64,000 nt of DNA from an uncultured delta proteobacterium (GCA_963793865.1 CAWCBP010000006.1:1-64000); one strand, 5' to 3'; numbered from the stretch's first letter, positions 9,220 through 19,193 are shown. The notes: generated from the letters alone by a model not told the origin. Translations and numbers: made by a program.

Positions 9220-10068
9220 ATGAGGCAGATCGCGATTTACGGCAAGGGCGGGATCGGCAAATCCATGGTGTCTTCCCACATATCCTTCGCGCTGGCAAAA
9301 AAGGGGCTTAAGGTGCTGCATGTGGGGTGTGACCCCAAACACGACAGCACCCGCCTGCTGCTTAAAGGGATGATGCCCGAAACCATTCTGGAGACCCTGC
9401 GGGAAAAAGACTTCAACATCAAGGCGGTTTCCATGAACGAGGTGATCTTCGAGAGCGCCTTTAAAAGCGAGTGTGCAGGCGAGATTTATTGCGCCGAAAG
9501 CGGCGGCCCCGACCCCGGCGTGGGGTGCGGAGGAAAGGGGGTGGTGGAGGCCATTGAGGCGCTGAAGCATCTGAATGTGTTTGAGACGCTCAAGCTTGAC
9601 GCGGTGCTCTACGACGTTCTGGGCGACGTGGTGTGCGGGGGATTCTCCATGCCCATCCGCGAGGGATACGCGAAGGAAATTTATATCGTCTCCAGCGGCG
9701 AGATCGAGGTGCTTTTCGCCGCCGCCAACATCTTCAAGGCCATACGCAGGTTCAATCCCCGCTCGGGCGCGCAGCTGGGGGGAATCATCGGCAATCTGCG
9801 GGAGTTGAAAAATGAACAGCGAATACTGACGGAGTTTGCCGAGCGCTGCGACACCCAGGTGGTGGGCTTTATTCCCTACAGCGAAAAGATCAAGGAGTGC
9901 TCGGGCAAGGGGGTGACCCTTTTCCAGCACGCGCCGGACACGCCGGAATGCGAGGCCTTCAGGTCCCTGGCCGATCGCATATGGGAAAACACGCAGTTCT
10001 CCGTTCCCCGGTCAATGAGCTTTGAAGAGCTGCACAGCTGGTGGTCCAAGGCAAAAAGTCAAAACTAG
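9220..10068 (+). CDS. Nitrogenase Fe-protein-like reductase 2 (NifH/BchL/BchX family)
   Basis: 'YGKGGIGKS', 'GCDPKHDST', 'GVGCGGKG', 'DVLGDVVCGGF'; ATG at 9220 with GGAGG RBS. Confidence 0.93.
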   Translation: MRQIAIYGKGGIGKSMVSSHISFALAKKGLKVLHVGCDPKHDSTRLLLKGMMPETILETLREKDFNIKAVSMNEVIFESAFKSECAGEIYCAESGGPDPGVGCGGKGVVEAIEALKHLNVFETLKLDAVLYDVLGDVVCGGFSMPIREGYAKEIYIVSSGEIEVLFAAANIFKAIRRFNPRSGAQLGGIIGNLRELKNEQRILTEFAERCDTQVVGFIPYSEKIKECSGKGVTLFQHAPDTPECEAFRSLADRIWENTQFSVPRSMSFEELHSWWSKAKSQN

Positions 10069-10095
10069 AACTGCTTTTTTGGGAGGATCAACACT

Positions 10096-11331
10096 ATGCC
10101 GCTTAAGAGCTACGAGCACTGCTGTTCAACCGTGCAGGCGCTGGCCAGCCTGGGGAAGATCCAGGGAGTCATTCCGCTCCTCCATGGTCCCCAGCCCTGC
10201 CTTTACCAGAACCAGGTGGCGTCCATGACCTGCCGTCCCGCCCAGCTCATAACCGCGGGGACGCTGATCAACAAGAGTAATGTCATATTCGGCGGCGAGG
10301 AGAACCTGAAGCAGCAGGTGAGAAACGTCTACGCCAAGTACAAGCCGCGGATGATCGTGATCATTTCCACCTGCGTTCCCCAGCTCATCGGCGAGGATGT
10401 GGAGGGGGTGATCACCGAGCTGGCCGAGGAGATACCCGGGCTGACGGTGGCGACCTGCAAAACAGGATTTAACTACCCCCGCTCCATGCCGCTCGGTTCC
10501 GACTCGGCATGGGCAACGCTGGTGGACAGCTTCAAAGCAAGGGAAAAAATTCCCGGTTCGGTGGGCATCGTGGGCCGGACGGGGCAGGACGCCGGCAACA
10601 TGGCCGCCATCGACATTCTCCTGAAGAGGGCGGGGATTGCCACCTTTCTCTTCCCCGCGCCGCACATCGATGAGCTGGAAAAGATCGTGTGCGCCCGGAC
10701 GCTCTATCCCATCCACATTACCCCGCACCTTACCTGCAAGCGACTTAAGGAGCGCTTCGGAACGGAGTCGCACTTTGTGGAGATTCCGGTGGGGATGGAA
10801 GGGACCTCACACTTTTTCCGCGCGGTGGCGGACAGGGAAAAAAACCAGCGGCTCCACGACCTGGTGGATGAGGAGGAAAAGCGGGTGCGGCCGGAATTTG
10901 ACCGGGTCAAGGCATCATTCGCGGGCAAAGGGGTGCGGATGCTCCTGGTAACCGGTCCGGCCAACGAGGTGTCCATCGGGAAGATCATGGCTGAGTTCGG
11001 TGCGGAGGTGTTCGTGGTGCCCGCCATGCGAAACAAATTCTATCAGCAGGAAAAGCGGATCATGGAGGAGCGCTACGGGGTCACCTTCGTCGAGGAGGAC
11101 TTCGACACCTTGGGTGATCTCATTGCCGAGATCAAACCCACGGTGATTTCAGCCGAGTTCCAGGCGCAGGTGGAAACGGTCCGGACCTTTATCCCCACCA
11201 TTATCAACATGTCCTATCTCTGTGAGTACGGCTATGATTACGCCCTTGACCTGGGGATGAACTTTTTCAAAACCATCAAGCAGCCGGTGTACCAAAAGTG
11301 GCAGGAGCTGATGGCCCGATACGGAGGATGA
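10096..11331 (+). CDS. Nitrogenase component-1-like subunit (BchN/BchY/NifD-like)
   Basis: Cys10, Cys35 ('HGPQPC'), Cys93 ('STCVPQLIGEDV'); 'VIFGGEENL'; 'PVGMEGT'; 411 aa. Confidence 0.88.
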   Translation: MPLKSYEHCCSTVQALASLGKIQGVIPLLHGPQPCLYQNQVASMTCRPAQLITAGTLINKSNVIFGGEENLKQQVRNVYAKYKPRMIVIISTCVPQLIGEDVEGVITELAEEIPGLTVATCKTGFNYPRSMPLGSDSAWATLVDSFKAREKIPGSVGIVGRTGQDAGNMAAIDILLKRAGIATFLFPAPHIDELEKIVCARTLYPIHITPHLTCKRLKERFGTESHFVEIPVGMEGTSHFFRAVADREKNQRLHDLVDEEEKRVRPEFDRVKASFAGKGVRMLLVTGPANEVSIGKIMAEFGAEVFVVPAMRNKFYQQEKRIMEERYGVTFVEEDFDTLGDLIAEIKPTVISAEFQAQVETVRTFIPTIINMSYLCEYGYDYALDLGMNFFKTIKQPVYQKWQELMARYGG

Positions 11332-13069
11332 GCATGGCTGGCGACGTAAAGGAATTCAGGATGCAGGAAATACACACCCCCTCCGCCTTTGAGGGCGCAC
11401 TCTGGGCGGCAGCGGGGGTGAAGGATGCCATAACCATATTTCACGCGCCGCCGGGCTGCTACATCAACCAGCATGTGAACATGCTGGTCAACGACTGGAC
11501 CCTGGAGCTGTATTCCACCAACCTTTCCTACGCCAACGTGATGCAGGGCGCGGAAGACCGTCTGGAAGAGGTCATGCGCACGGTCATTGCCAAAAGGAAA
11601 CCGAAGGCCGTATTTGTGGTCACCGCGCCGAGCGTTGAGGTCACCCAGGACGATGTGGAAGGCGTTGCCGCCAAGGTGGGATTTAAGGACACGGCGGTCA
11701 TCCGCCCGCCCATCGGCGGGACGGTCAATGACGGCAAGGATGCCGCTTTTGTAAGCATGCTCTCGCTCATGGAGCCGTCGCCGGGACAAAATCGACCGGA
11801 CGGTTAATCTCATCGGGCCGACCTTTTCCACCTTCAACTGGATGGCGGACCTGTGCGAGCTGAGGAGGATGCTTGAAGGCGTCGGCGTGACCGTCAACGC
11901 GGTGCTTACCGCCGGCTCAACCGTGGAGGAGTTAAAGCGGGCCCCACGGGCGGCGCTCAACCTCTGCCTGTATCCCTACGATTGCGGTCTCACCGCGGCC
12001 CGCGAAATGGAGAAGCGCTTCGGCATCCCGTACCTCGACACCATCATTCCCATAGGCTTTGAGAACTCCGCCCGGTGGCTGGAAGAGATTGCCGCCTTTT
12101 TCAAGTTTGACCCGTCCCCTTTTGTAAATGAGGAAATGAAGAGCGCGCTTGATTTCGCCCGCGCCAATATGTTTTTTGCCGTCACCTTTGAGATGACGGC
12201 CGCGCTGTCATTCGACAACAACAATACCTACGCGGTGGGCATCAGCGAGTTCTACAGTCAGGAGGCCGGGGTGGAGGTGGTCATGTGCTCGGTGAGCAGC
12301 GAGCGGGCAGCGGAAAGAATCAGGGTTCGGTCCGGAAACGTGCTGCTCAACCCCACCATCGATGAAAAGCGCGCGGCCTACGTTTCCACCGCGCCCATGG
12401 TTATATTCGGAAATTTCTATGACAAAAAGATAAGCATGGACGAGGGATTCAGGAACTTCATCTTTGCCGACATACCCACCATCGGATACTTGAGCACCGA
12501 GAACTGCCCTTTCATGGGGTTCCGGGGCGCCAAATACCTGGTCCAGTCCCTGGTCAACGAAGTTTACATGGGAATTTTCCTGGAAACCAAGGGCGAAATG
12601 GAAGGGGCCATATCAACCGGCGTGGTGCCCTGGGAGATAGAGGCCCAGCAGGCGCTGATCAAAATCTCGGAGATGATTCCCCACTTCGTCCGGGCAACGG
12701 CGGTCAAGAAGCTGCATCAGGCTGCTGAACAGTACGCCCAGGAAAGGGGAGGGAAGGTTACCCTTGCCATTATGCAGGAGGTAGCGGACAAATATACGCC
12801 CACCAAGTTCAAGGCCAAGTTTTCCACCGTTTTTGAAACTGTTCCCGGGGCCGTCGTGCCGGAAGCGGATGACGCTGAAGAAGTGCCTGTTGAGGGGCTT
12901 TCCTTCATGCTGGCGTGGGATGAGAACGCAAAAAAAATGCTGGAAGAGGTGCCCGCAGTCATTCAGGCAGGCGGCCGTTTCCAACACTGAAGATTATGCC
13001 AGGCAGCATGCCTTTGAAAGGGTAACCCGCTCCGTTCTCGAGGCCTTCAGGAAAGAGCTGGGCATGTGA
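11328..13069 (+). CDS. Nitrogenase component-1-like subunit (BchB/BchZ/NifK-like) with two C-terminal PCP_red-like domains; 2 frameshifts
   Basis: ATGA overlap with the upstream gene; 'HAPPGC', 'VNLIGPTFSTFNWMADLCELRRML', 'PIGFENSARW', 'PFMGFRGA'; two BchB-type tails ('WEIEAQQAL..IPHFVR', 'WDENAKKMLEEVP'). Indels near 11785 and 12955. Confidence 0.85.
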
Positions 13070-13089
13070 GCGGGTCCGTGTTCAGAAAA

Positions 13090-13497
13090 AGGCTACTCAG
13101 AGAGGCCGTAAGCCGGGTTCTGTTCCCCAAACCATGTTTGGGTAATGGTCATTCATCTGGGATACCTGTTGCCAGGTACCTCGAGCAACCTACCCGGGAA
13201 CTGCAGGCGGGCCGCCTGTGGAGATGATGATCATCTCACCGTTCCCCTATTTGGTTTTGCTCCCGGTGGGGTTTGCCAAGCTATCCCGGTCGCCCGGGAT
13301 ACTGGTGAGCTCTTACCTCGCCATTTCACCCTTACCCTGCGGCGTGCGCAGGGCGGTATGTTTTCTGTGGCACTTTCCTTATCCCCGACGAGTCAGGGAC
13401 AGTCGCTGTTAGCGACCACCGCGCCCTTGGGAGCCCGGACTTTCCTCCCGTTTCCCTTACGGTCAACGGGCGACCATTGCGCCTCCTCGAGTAGCCT
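13090..13497 (-). ncRNA. rnpB: RNase P RNA (type A)
   Basis: Minus strand has GGAGGAAAGTCCGGGCTCC, 'AAGTGCCACAGAAAA', 'ACAGAACCCGGCTTAC', and complementary ends AGGCTACTC/GAGTAGCCT. Confidence 0.96.
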
Positions 13498-13584
13498 ATC
13501 TTAGTGTTAAAATTTCCCTCTCACTCTTCCACTCTCCCCAGCGCGGAGCGGAATGAGGGTGAGGGATCATTCAAATACTACGGA

Positions 13585-14073
13585 CTATTCTTTTTCGTCG
13601 ATGGCCAGGTTGGCCAGCTTGTCTGCCTCCCTGTTTTTACCCCGTTCTATTGACAGTATATCATAGCTTATGAAATGTGATAAGAGCTTCTTTACCTCGC
13701 TGCAGAGGACCTGCATTTTCCGGTCCTTCACCTTGTAGATTCCCTTGAGCTGCCGCACCATCAGCTCTGAATCGGAGAACAGCTGCACCGTGTCCGCCTT
13801 CAGGCTTACCGCCTCCTTCAGCGCGATGATCAAGGCCATGTATTCTGCAACGTTGTTGGTGGTGGTGCCGAGGTAGGCCTTTATTTTTTTTACCACCTCA
13901 CCGTGATGGTTGTATATAATGACCCCTGCGCCGGCGTCCCCGGGGTTACCCCGCGATGCCCCGTCGGTATAGATGGTAAGCCCCTTAAGCGGCAGTACCT
14001 CCGCGGCAGCGCCTTTCTGTTTGTGGGCCGATTCAGTGCGACTCGGTCTGGAGAGTCCCGGCAGCTGTTTCAT
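13585..14073 (-). CDS. rnhA: Ribonuclease HI family protein
   Basis: 'YTDGASRGNPG', 'TNNVAEY', 'SDSELMVRQ', 'NREADKLAN'. Confidence 0.9.
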   Translation of the reverse strand: MKQLPGLSRPSRTESAHKQKGAAAEVLPLKGLTIYTDGASRGNPGDAGAGVIIYNHHGEVVKKIKAYLGTTTNNVAEYMALIIALKEAVSLKADTVQLFSDSELMVRQLKGIYKVKDRKMQVLCSEVKKLLSHFISYDILSIERGKNREADKLANLAIDEKE

Positions 14074-14779
14074 GGTTCTTTTCCCAGAAAAGAATGCGAT
14101 TGCAGTGGGGACAGGTGACAATCTTCTGGCCTGTTTTAATTTCGTTAAACAGCTGGGGAGGTATGTTCATATGGCATCCCGTGCAGCAGCTGTTATCAAC
14201 GGCCGCCACCGTCAGTTCCGGCCTTTTTTGCTTTATCTTGTGATAGATGTCCAGCAGCTCCGACTGTATCTGGGAGGTGAAGGTGCTTTTCAAGCGTTCA
14301 TGCTCCTCTATCTCCTGAACACAAACCGCCAGCTGTTTTTCTAAAACCCCCTTGTTTTCCTCGGTTTCCTGTGCCTTGCGGTTGAAGCGTTCCTCCCCGT
14401 CTGTCTTCAGTCTGACAAGACGCTCCGCCTCTTCCATGATGGTAAGAATCTCCTCCTCTATTCTGGTATTGCCCTGTTCGATCAGTTCTATCTCCTTGAG
14501 GGCCGCCTGGTATTCCCTGTTGGTTTTTACCGCGGTAAGGTGCTGCCTGGCCTTTTGCACCTTGTCCTGATTGAGGGCCAATTCCTGTTCCTTTTGAACC
14601 CGCTTTTTTTTGCTTTCATCCAGGAGCTTTTCCTGCAGGCGAAGCTCTTCCCGCTCCCGCGCCAGCGATTCTTCAAGCTGGGCTATCATGCGCGGGTGAT
14701 TTTCCTGCGTGCGCAGGGCCTGGCGAATGGCTGAATCGCATTCCTGCAGCTTGACCAGCAATTCCAGTTGTTTTTTCAA
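14033..14779 (-). CDS. Coiled-coil, C4 zinc-ribbon domain protein (DUF164-type)
   Basis: Long coiled coil with 'CTGCHMNIPPQ' and 'CPHCNRIL'; TTG start with AAGGAG RBS. Confidence 0.88.
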   Translation of the reverse strand: MKKQLELLVKLQECDSAIRQALRTQENHPRMIAQLEESLAREREELRLQEKLLDESKKKRVQKEQELALNQDKVQKARQHLTAVKTNREYQAALKEIELIEQGNTRIEEEILTIMEEAERLVRLKTDGEERFNRKAQETEENKGVLEKQLAVCVQEIEEHERLKSTFTSQIQSELLDIYHKIKQKRPELTVAAVDNSCCTGCHMNIPPQLFNEIKTGQKIVTCPHCNRILFWEKNHETAAGTLQTESH

Positions 14780-14815
14780 TCGCTTTCTCCTTGTTCGCCC
14801 AAACCGACAGTGAAT

Positions 14816-14845
14816 AAAAAAATGCACCCGATGGAGGTGCATTTC
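14816..14845 (-). terminator. Intrinsic terminator after rpoD/tRNA
   Basis: AAATGCACC...GGTGCATTT hairpin with a T-run on the minus strand. Confidence 0.65.
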
Positions 14846-14926
14846 AGTCCTGTTCCGTGTCTGGAAACGGGTGAGATGGGCAGCTTATCCCGAAGTGTGT
14901 TCATGGTCTGTGCCGGCAATAGGGTG

Positions 14927-15002
14927 TGGTGGGCTCACCAGGGTTCGAACCTGGGACCTTCCGGTTATGAGCCGGTGGCTCTTCCAGCTGAGCTATGAGC
15001 CC
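14927..15002 (-). tRNA. tRNA with CAT anticodon, most likely tRNA-Ile2 (lysidine)
   Basis: Cloverleaf GGGCTCA.../TGAGCCCA-CCA, loop CTCATAA. G1-C72 pair argues against initiator; it lies just downstream of rpoD like E. coli ileX. Confidence 0.9.
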
Positions 15003-15014
15003 ACGCTCCTCTGT

Positions 15015-16772
15015 TTAACGTTCGATAAAGGTTCTCAGTTTTTTGCTTCTGCTGGGGTGACGCAGTTTCCGCAGCGCCTTGGCTTCGATCTGCCGGATCC
15101 GCTCCCTGGTTACCGCGAAATCCTGCCCCACTTCCTCGAGGGTGTGGTCCGCCTTTTCGCCGATGCCGAAGCGCATGCGCAGCACCTTCTCTTCACGGGG
15201 CGTGAGGGTGGACAGCACCTTCTTGGTCTGTTCGTGCAGGCTGCGGTTGATGGCGGCCTCTCCGGGAGGGGCAACCTTTTTGTCTTCGATAAAATCCCCC
15301 AGATGGCTGTCCTCTTCCTCCCCGATGGGGGTTTCCAGGGATATGGGCTCCTTGGCAATTTTCAGAACCTTCCGCACCTTGTCCAGCGGGAATTCGATTT
15401 TTCTGGCAATCTCCTCGGGGGTGGGCTCCCTGCCCACCTCCTGCACCAGCAGCCGCGAGGTTCTGATCAGCTTGTTGATGGTTTCGATCATGTGCACGGG
15501 TATGCGGATGGTCCGGGCCTGGTCGGCTATGGCCCTGGTTATGGCCTGCCTGATCCACCAGGTGGCGTAGGTGCTGAACTTGTAGCCGCGCTGGTACTCA
15601 AACTTGTCGACCGCCTTGATGAGCCCTATGTTGCCCTCCTGGATCAGGTCCAGAAATTGCAGCCCGCGGTTGGTGTATTTCTTGGCCAGGCTTACCACCA
15701 GGCGCAAGTTGGCCTTTACCAGCTCATCCTTTGCCAGCTTGGCCTTCATCTCGCCTTCCTCGATGGACTTCACCGCCTTTTTGAGGGCCTGGGCATCAAA
15801 GGTGGATTCGGCTTCAATGCGCTTTATCTTCTTCTGCGCGCCCTGGATGACTTTCTCATACTCCAGCAGCTCCTTGCCGCTGATGCCGATTTTCTTGGCC
15901 ACCTTGCGCTCCTCCTGGTGGCCCTTCCTGATCTGGCGGAAGCATTTCCTGAGCTCTTCCAGGCGTATGCCCGCCTTTTCCTCGCAATATTTGATTTCCG
16001 CCTCAGCCTTCTTCAGCTTGTCCAGGAAGCGCTTTAATTTTTCCGTGATGTGTTCGATCTGGTTCTTGTTCAGGTTGACCTTCTGCAGCAGGGCGCCTAT
16101 TTTTTCACTTGCTTCATCGACTTTCCTGCCGATGTCCTTTCGCCGGGTCTCGCTTACGCTTTTCTGCGCCGCCTGTTTCAGAAGCTGCGTCCGCTTTTGA
16201 TCGCAGCTCTTGATTTTTCCGATCAGGTTGAGCACCTTCTTGGAGTAATATGCCTCATCAATCTCCGTCTCCTCGTCCTCCAGGTCACCGATCACTTCCC
16301 GCACCGACATCTTTTCGGATTTTAATTTTTCCCCGATGGAGATCAGCTCCTGTATGGTAAACGGAGCGTGGACGATGACCCGTACAATCTCCTTCTCGCC
16401 CTCCTCGATGCGCTTGGCAATTTCCACCTCTTCTTCCCGGTTGAGCAGGGATACCGAGCCCATCTCCCGCAAGTACATCCTGACGGGGTCGTTAAACTTT
16501 TCGAAGGGAACCTGGTCGAGCTCCGCTTCTGATTCACCTTCCGCCTCTTCAGGGGACTTCTGGAGCTTGCGCTTGAAAATTTTTACTTTTTGCACCCCTT
16601 CGACGATCTCGATATCCATCTCCCCGAACATGATCATCAGGTCGTCAATCTGGTCGGGAGAAACGATGTCCGAAGGGAGCATATCATTGACTTCCTCGTA
16701 GGTTAAAAATCCCTTTTCCTTTCCCATGTCAATAAGCTGATTTACCTGGTCCATGGCTTCCTTTTTTGACAT
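15015..16772 (-). CDS. rpoD: RNA polymerase sigma factor RpoD
   Basis: Region 1.1, '[11 protein letters not shown]', '[27 protein letters not shown]', '[10 protein letters not shown]', 'TRERIRQIE'. Confidence 0.98.
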   Translation of the reverse strand: MSKKEAMDQVNQLIDMGKEKGFLTYEEVNDMLPSDIVSPDQIDDLMIMFGEMDIEIVEGVQKVKIFKRKLQKSPEEAEGESEAELDQVPFEKFNDPVRMYLREMGSVSLLNREEEVEIAKRIEEGEKEIVRVIVHAPFTIQELISIGEKLKSEKMSVREVIGDLEDEETEIDEAYYSKKVLNLIGKIKSCDQKRTQLLKQAAQKSVSETRRKDIGRKVDEASEKIGALLQKVNLNKNQIEHITEKLKRFLDKLKKAEAEIKYCEEKAGIRLEELRKCFRQIRKGHQEERKVAKKIGISGKELLEYEKVIQGAQKKIKRIEAESTFDAQALKKAVKSIEEGEMKAKLAKDELVKANLRLVVSLAKKYTNRGLQFLDLIQEGNIGLIKAVDKFEYQRGYKFSTYATWWIRQAITRAIADQARTIRIPVHMIETINKLIRTSRLLVQEVGREPTPEEIARKIEFPLDKVRKVLKIAKEPISLETPIGEEEDSHLGDFIEDKKVAPPGEAAINRSLHEQTKKVLSTLTPREEKVLRMRFGIGEKADHTLEEVGQDFAVTRERIRQIEAKALRKLRHPSRSKKLRTFIER

Positions 16773-16793
16773 CGGCGGTATGCTCCTTCCGGG

Positions 16794-18596
16794 TTAGGGT
16801 ACGTGAACAGAAGCGTGATCTGCTGCACAGGCCTTCTTTTGTTCGAGGAGTTGCTGCTTGCAGGTCAGGAAGTGCTGAATGGCGGTTAGATCATTTCCCT
16901 CCTCAGCCTCCCTGATTTTGTTGTTTACCAGCTTTATTTCCCTCTCTATACCGGTCGCCTTGATTTTCTGAATGCTCCCGCTCAAGGTCTTCAGGGGGTC
17001 GATAATGCACTCGCCTTTCATCACCAGCTCGGAGATGATGCTTTTGAGCGACCCGTCCTCCACGCCGTCCATCAGGGAGTCGACCTCCATGGGCCGGTGG
17101 GCGTCGAACAGATCCACCAGACACAGGGCGACGCGCTTCAATTCGGGCTCCTTGAGATCGGCCAGAATCTGTGCCTGCCTGACCCGGGGGATGAGGTCGG
17201 GATGGAGGAGCATTACTTGCAGCAGCAGCTCTTCCGCCCGGTTGCGGCCGGACTGAGTAGCGGCAGTCCGGCCGGGTGCTTCCTCCGCGGGCTGCCCGGC
17301 GGAGGAAAGCTCGGCCCTGATAATCTGCTCCGGTACCTTGAGGTCCTGCGACAATTTTTGAATGTAGAGGTTTCTCTCGGTGTCGTCCTTGATCTGGGAG
17401 AGAACCGGCGTGGTTTCCCGGATGACGGCCAGGGTGCCTCCGATGTTCGAAGGGTTGCTCTTCCTGAGTGCCCGGGTGATGAAGCATTCCACCAGGGGCA
17501 GCGCGCGGTTAATCAGCGCCCTGAATGCCTCCTCCTTTTCCCGGTGAATGAATGAGTCCGGATCGGTCCCGGCAGGGAGCTCAAGCAGCCTGGGCGAAAT
17601 GCCGTTTTGCAGGAAGAGCGGCAGTGATTTCATCGCCGCCTTCCTCCCCGCCTCGTCGCCGTCAAAGGCGATGACGATGGCGGCGGTGAAGCGCTTGAGC
17701 AGCCTGACGTGGTTGTCGGTGAGCGCCGTTCCCAGGGTGGCAACCGCGTTGGTTATGCCGTGCTGGTGGAGGCTTACGAGATCGAAATTGCCTTCAACCA
17801 GTATGGCCATCTCCTCCCTGCGGATGGAAGGCAGGGCCGCGTTGAGGCCGAAAAGGCTCGCGCTCTTTTTATAGATGAGCGAATCGGAAGAGTTGATGTA
17901 TTTTGCGCCGTCATTATCCAGCGCCCGGCTGCTGAAGCCGATAATCCTCCCGTTATAATCGGTAATGGGAAAAATGATCCTGTTTCTGAAGCCGTCATAC
18001 CGGCTGTTGTTTCTGCCCTGCTTGATGAGTCCCAGCTTGTGAGCCGCATCCAGCGACGCCCCCTTCGCCTTCAGGTGCAGCAGCAGTCCGTCCCATGCCG
18101 GTGAGGCGTATCCCAGCCTGAATTCGCGTATGGTCTCCGGCGTCATGTGGCGCCCGGCCAGGTAGGCGCGCGCCCTTTCTCCTTCCCGCGCGTTCAGCAG
18201 GCCGCTGTAATAGGACGCGGCAAGTTCGTTGAGCGAAAACAGCGCCTCTTTTTCACCGGCAATCTGCTTTTGCCGGGGGGTGATTTCCCGGCTGGGGATT
18301 TCGATGCCGTATTTCCCGGCCACCTTTCTTACCGCCTCGGGGAAGGAGAGATGTTCAAACTTCATCAGAAAGGTAAAAACATTGCCCCCGGTGTTGCAGC
18401 CGAAGCAGTGGAATATCTGCTTTGCCTCGCTTACCGTGAAAGATGGGTCGTTTTCTGCGTGAAACGGGCAGAGGCCCCGGTAATTTACCCCATATTTTTT
18501 CAGTGAAACATATTCGGATATGAGGTGGACAATATTGCAGGCGCCTTTTATTTCAGCTATCTTGTCATCCGGAATAGAGATTGACACCCGGCTCAT
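16794..18596 (-). CDS. dnaG: DNA primase
   Basis: 'CPFHAENDPSF..FHCFGC' zinc finger; TOPRIM 'VEGNFD' and 'FDGDEAG'; upstream of rpoD. Confidence 0.96.
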   Translation of the reverse strand: MSRVSISIPDDKIAEIKGACNIVHLISEYVSLKKYGVNYRGLCPFHAENDPSFTVSEAKQIFHCFGCNTGGNVFTFLMKFEHLSFPEAVRKVAGKYGIEIPSREITPRQKQIAGEKEALFSLNELAASYYSGLLNAREGERARAYLAGRHMTPETIREFRLGYASPAWDGLLLHLKAKGASLDAAHKLGLIKQGRNNSRYDGFRNRIIFPITDYNGRIIGFSSRALDNDGAKYINSSDSLIYKKSASLFGLNAALPSIRREEMAILVEGNFDLVSLHQHGITNAVATLGTALTDNHVRLLKRFTAAIVIAFDGDEAGRKAAMKSLPLFLQNGISPRLLELPAGTDPDSFIHREKEEAFRALINRALPLVECFITRALRKSNPSNIGGTLAVIRETTPVLSQIKDDTERNLYIQKLSQDLKVPEQIIRAELSSAGQPAEEAPGRTAATQSGRNRAEELLLQVMLLHPDLIPRVRQAQILADLKEPELKRVALCLVDLFDAHRPMEVDSLMDGVEDGSLKSIISELVMKGECIIDPLKTLSGSIQKIKATGIEREIKLVNNKIREAEEGNDLTAIQHFLTCKQQLLEQKKACAADHASVHVP

Positions 18597-18810
18597 CTCC
18601 CTCATGCATCCAGAAAACGGCAAAGGGAATCAAACGTCATGATCATTAACTTTGCTTGCGGAGCTGATATGCAAGGGAACGCAATGGTTACGGGAAAGCG
18701 TGCAACAATTGCCTTGAATAGAAAAGCTCATGCCCGAAAAGCAGAGCGGGAATGCCCGCTTCTGCGGGTATCCCCTTCTTATCAGTTCGAAATCATAAGC
18801 GCTGAACAGC

Positions 18811-19017
18811 TTATTCAAAAGGCGATCTGTAACGCCGTGTGGTCTTTATAGCTCTTTTGCGTGCGGCTATCGATTTCTTCTTTCTTTTAATGCTTGGCTT
18901 TTCATAATACTGGCGCTTCTTTACCTCGGACAGTATCCCGGCCTTTTCGCACTGTTTTTTAAATCGTCGCAGCGCGATTTCAAAAGGCTCGTCTTCGTTA
19001 ACCTTAATACCTGGCAT
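18811..19017 (-). CDS. rpsU: 30S ribosomal protein S21
   Basis: '[28 protein letters not shown]'; GGAGG RBS before ATG 19017. Confidence 0.96.
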   Translation of the reverse strand: MPGIKVNEDEPFEIALRRFKKQCEKAGILSEVKKRQYYEKPSIKRKKKSIAARKRAIKTTRRYRSPFE

Positions 19018-19077
19018 CCATATCCCCTCCCTCCCTTGAGAATTGGTTGAAGCTACTACAGCTGGTTTAAATTCATA

Positions 19078-19106
19078 ATTATAGTTTATTACAACTGCCA
19101 AGTCAA
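19078..19106 (-). promoter_or_regulatory. Near-consensus sigma70 promoter of the rpsU-dnaG-rpoD operon
   Basis: TTGACT-17 bp-TATAAT on the minus strand. Confidence 0.8.
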
Positions 19107-19193
19107 TCTAAAAGTACATGGCCTGCGGACTTTTTCCTTCATTCGCGGGGTTGCCGGTGCTGCTGATCAGGAACAACCGGTTTCGGAAGGGGG

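Noticed and set aside
8308..13069. True nitrogen-fixation (nifHDK) cluster
   Set aside because: The K-like subunit lacks two of three P-cluster Cys, the D-like subunit is short with no evident FeMoco ligands, there is no nifB/E/N, and it has BchB-type tails.
8308..13069. Methylthio-alkane reductase (MarHDK) or F430 reductase (CfbCD)
   Set aside because: Mar needs P-cluster ligands and MarB; CfbD is a single homomeric subunit found with cfbA/B/E. Neither fits, pending phylogeny.
10096..13069. Photosynthetic bchNB/bchYZ genes
   Set aside because: No photosynthesis genes are in the window, motifs diverge from canonical Bch sequences, and the context is that of a non-phototrophic anaerobe. Not fully excluded without the whole genome.
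13145..13504. 119-aa ORF
   Set aside because: It lies antisense to the RNase P RNA gene.
14927..15002. tRNA-Met (initiator or elongator)
   Set aside because: G1-C72 pair and no triple G-C anticodon stem argue against initiator; acceptor sequence and position after rpoD favour Ile2, though elongator Met is not strictly excluded.
14871..16200. Long plus-strand ORFs antisense to rpoD (likewise opposite ileS, the P-type ATPase and the vWA genes)
   Set aside because: Shadow ORFs from GC-rich codon bias; they overlap well-supported genes or a tRNA and have no recognisable motifs.
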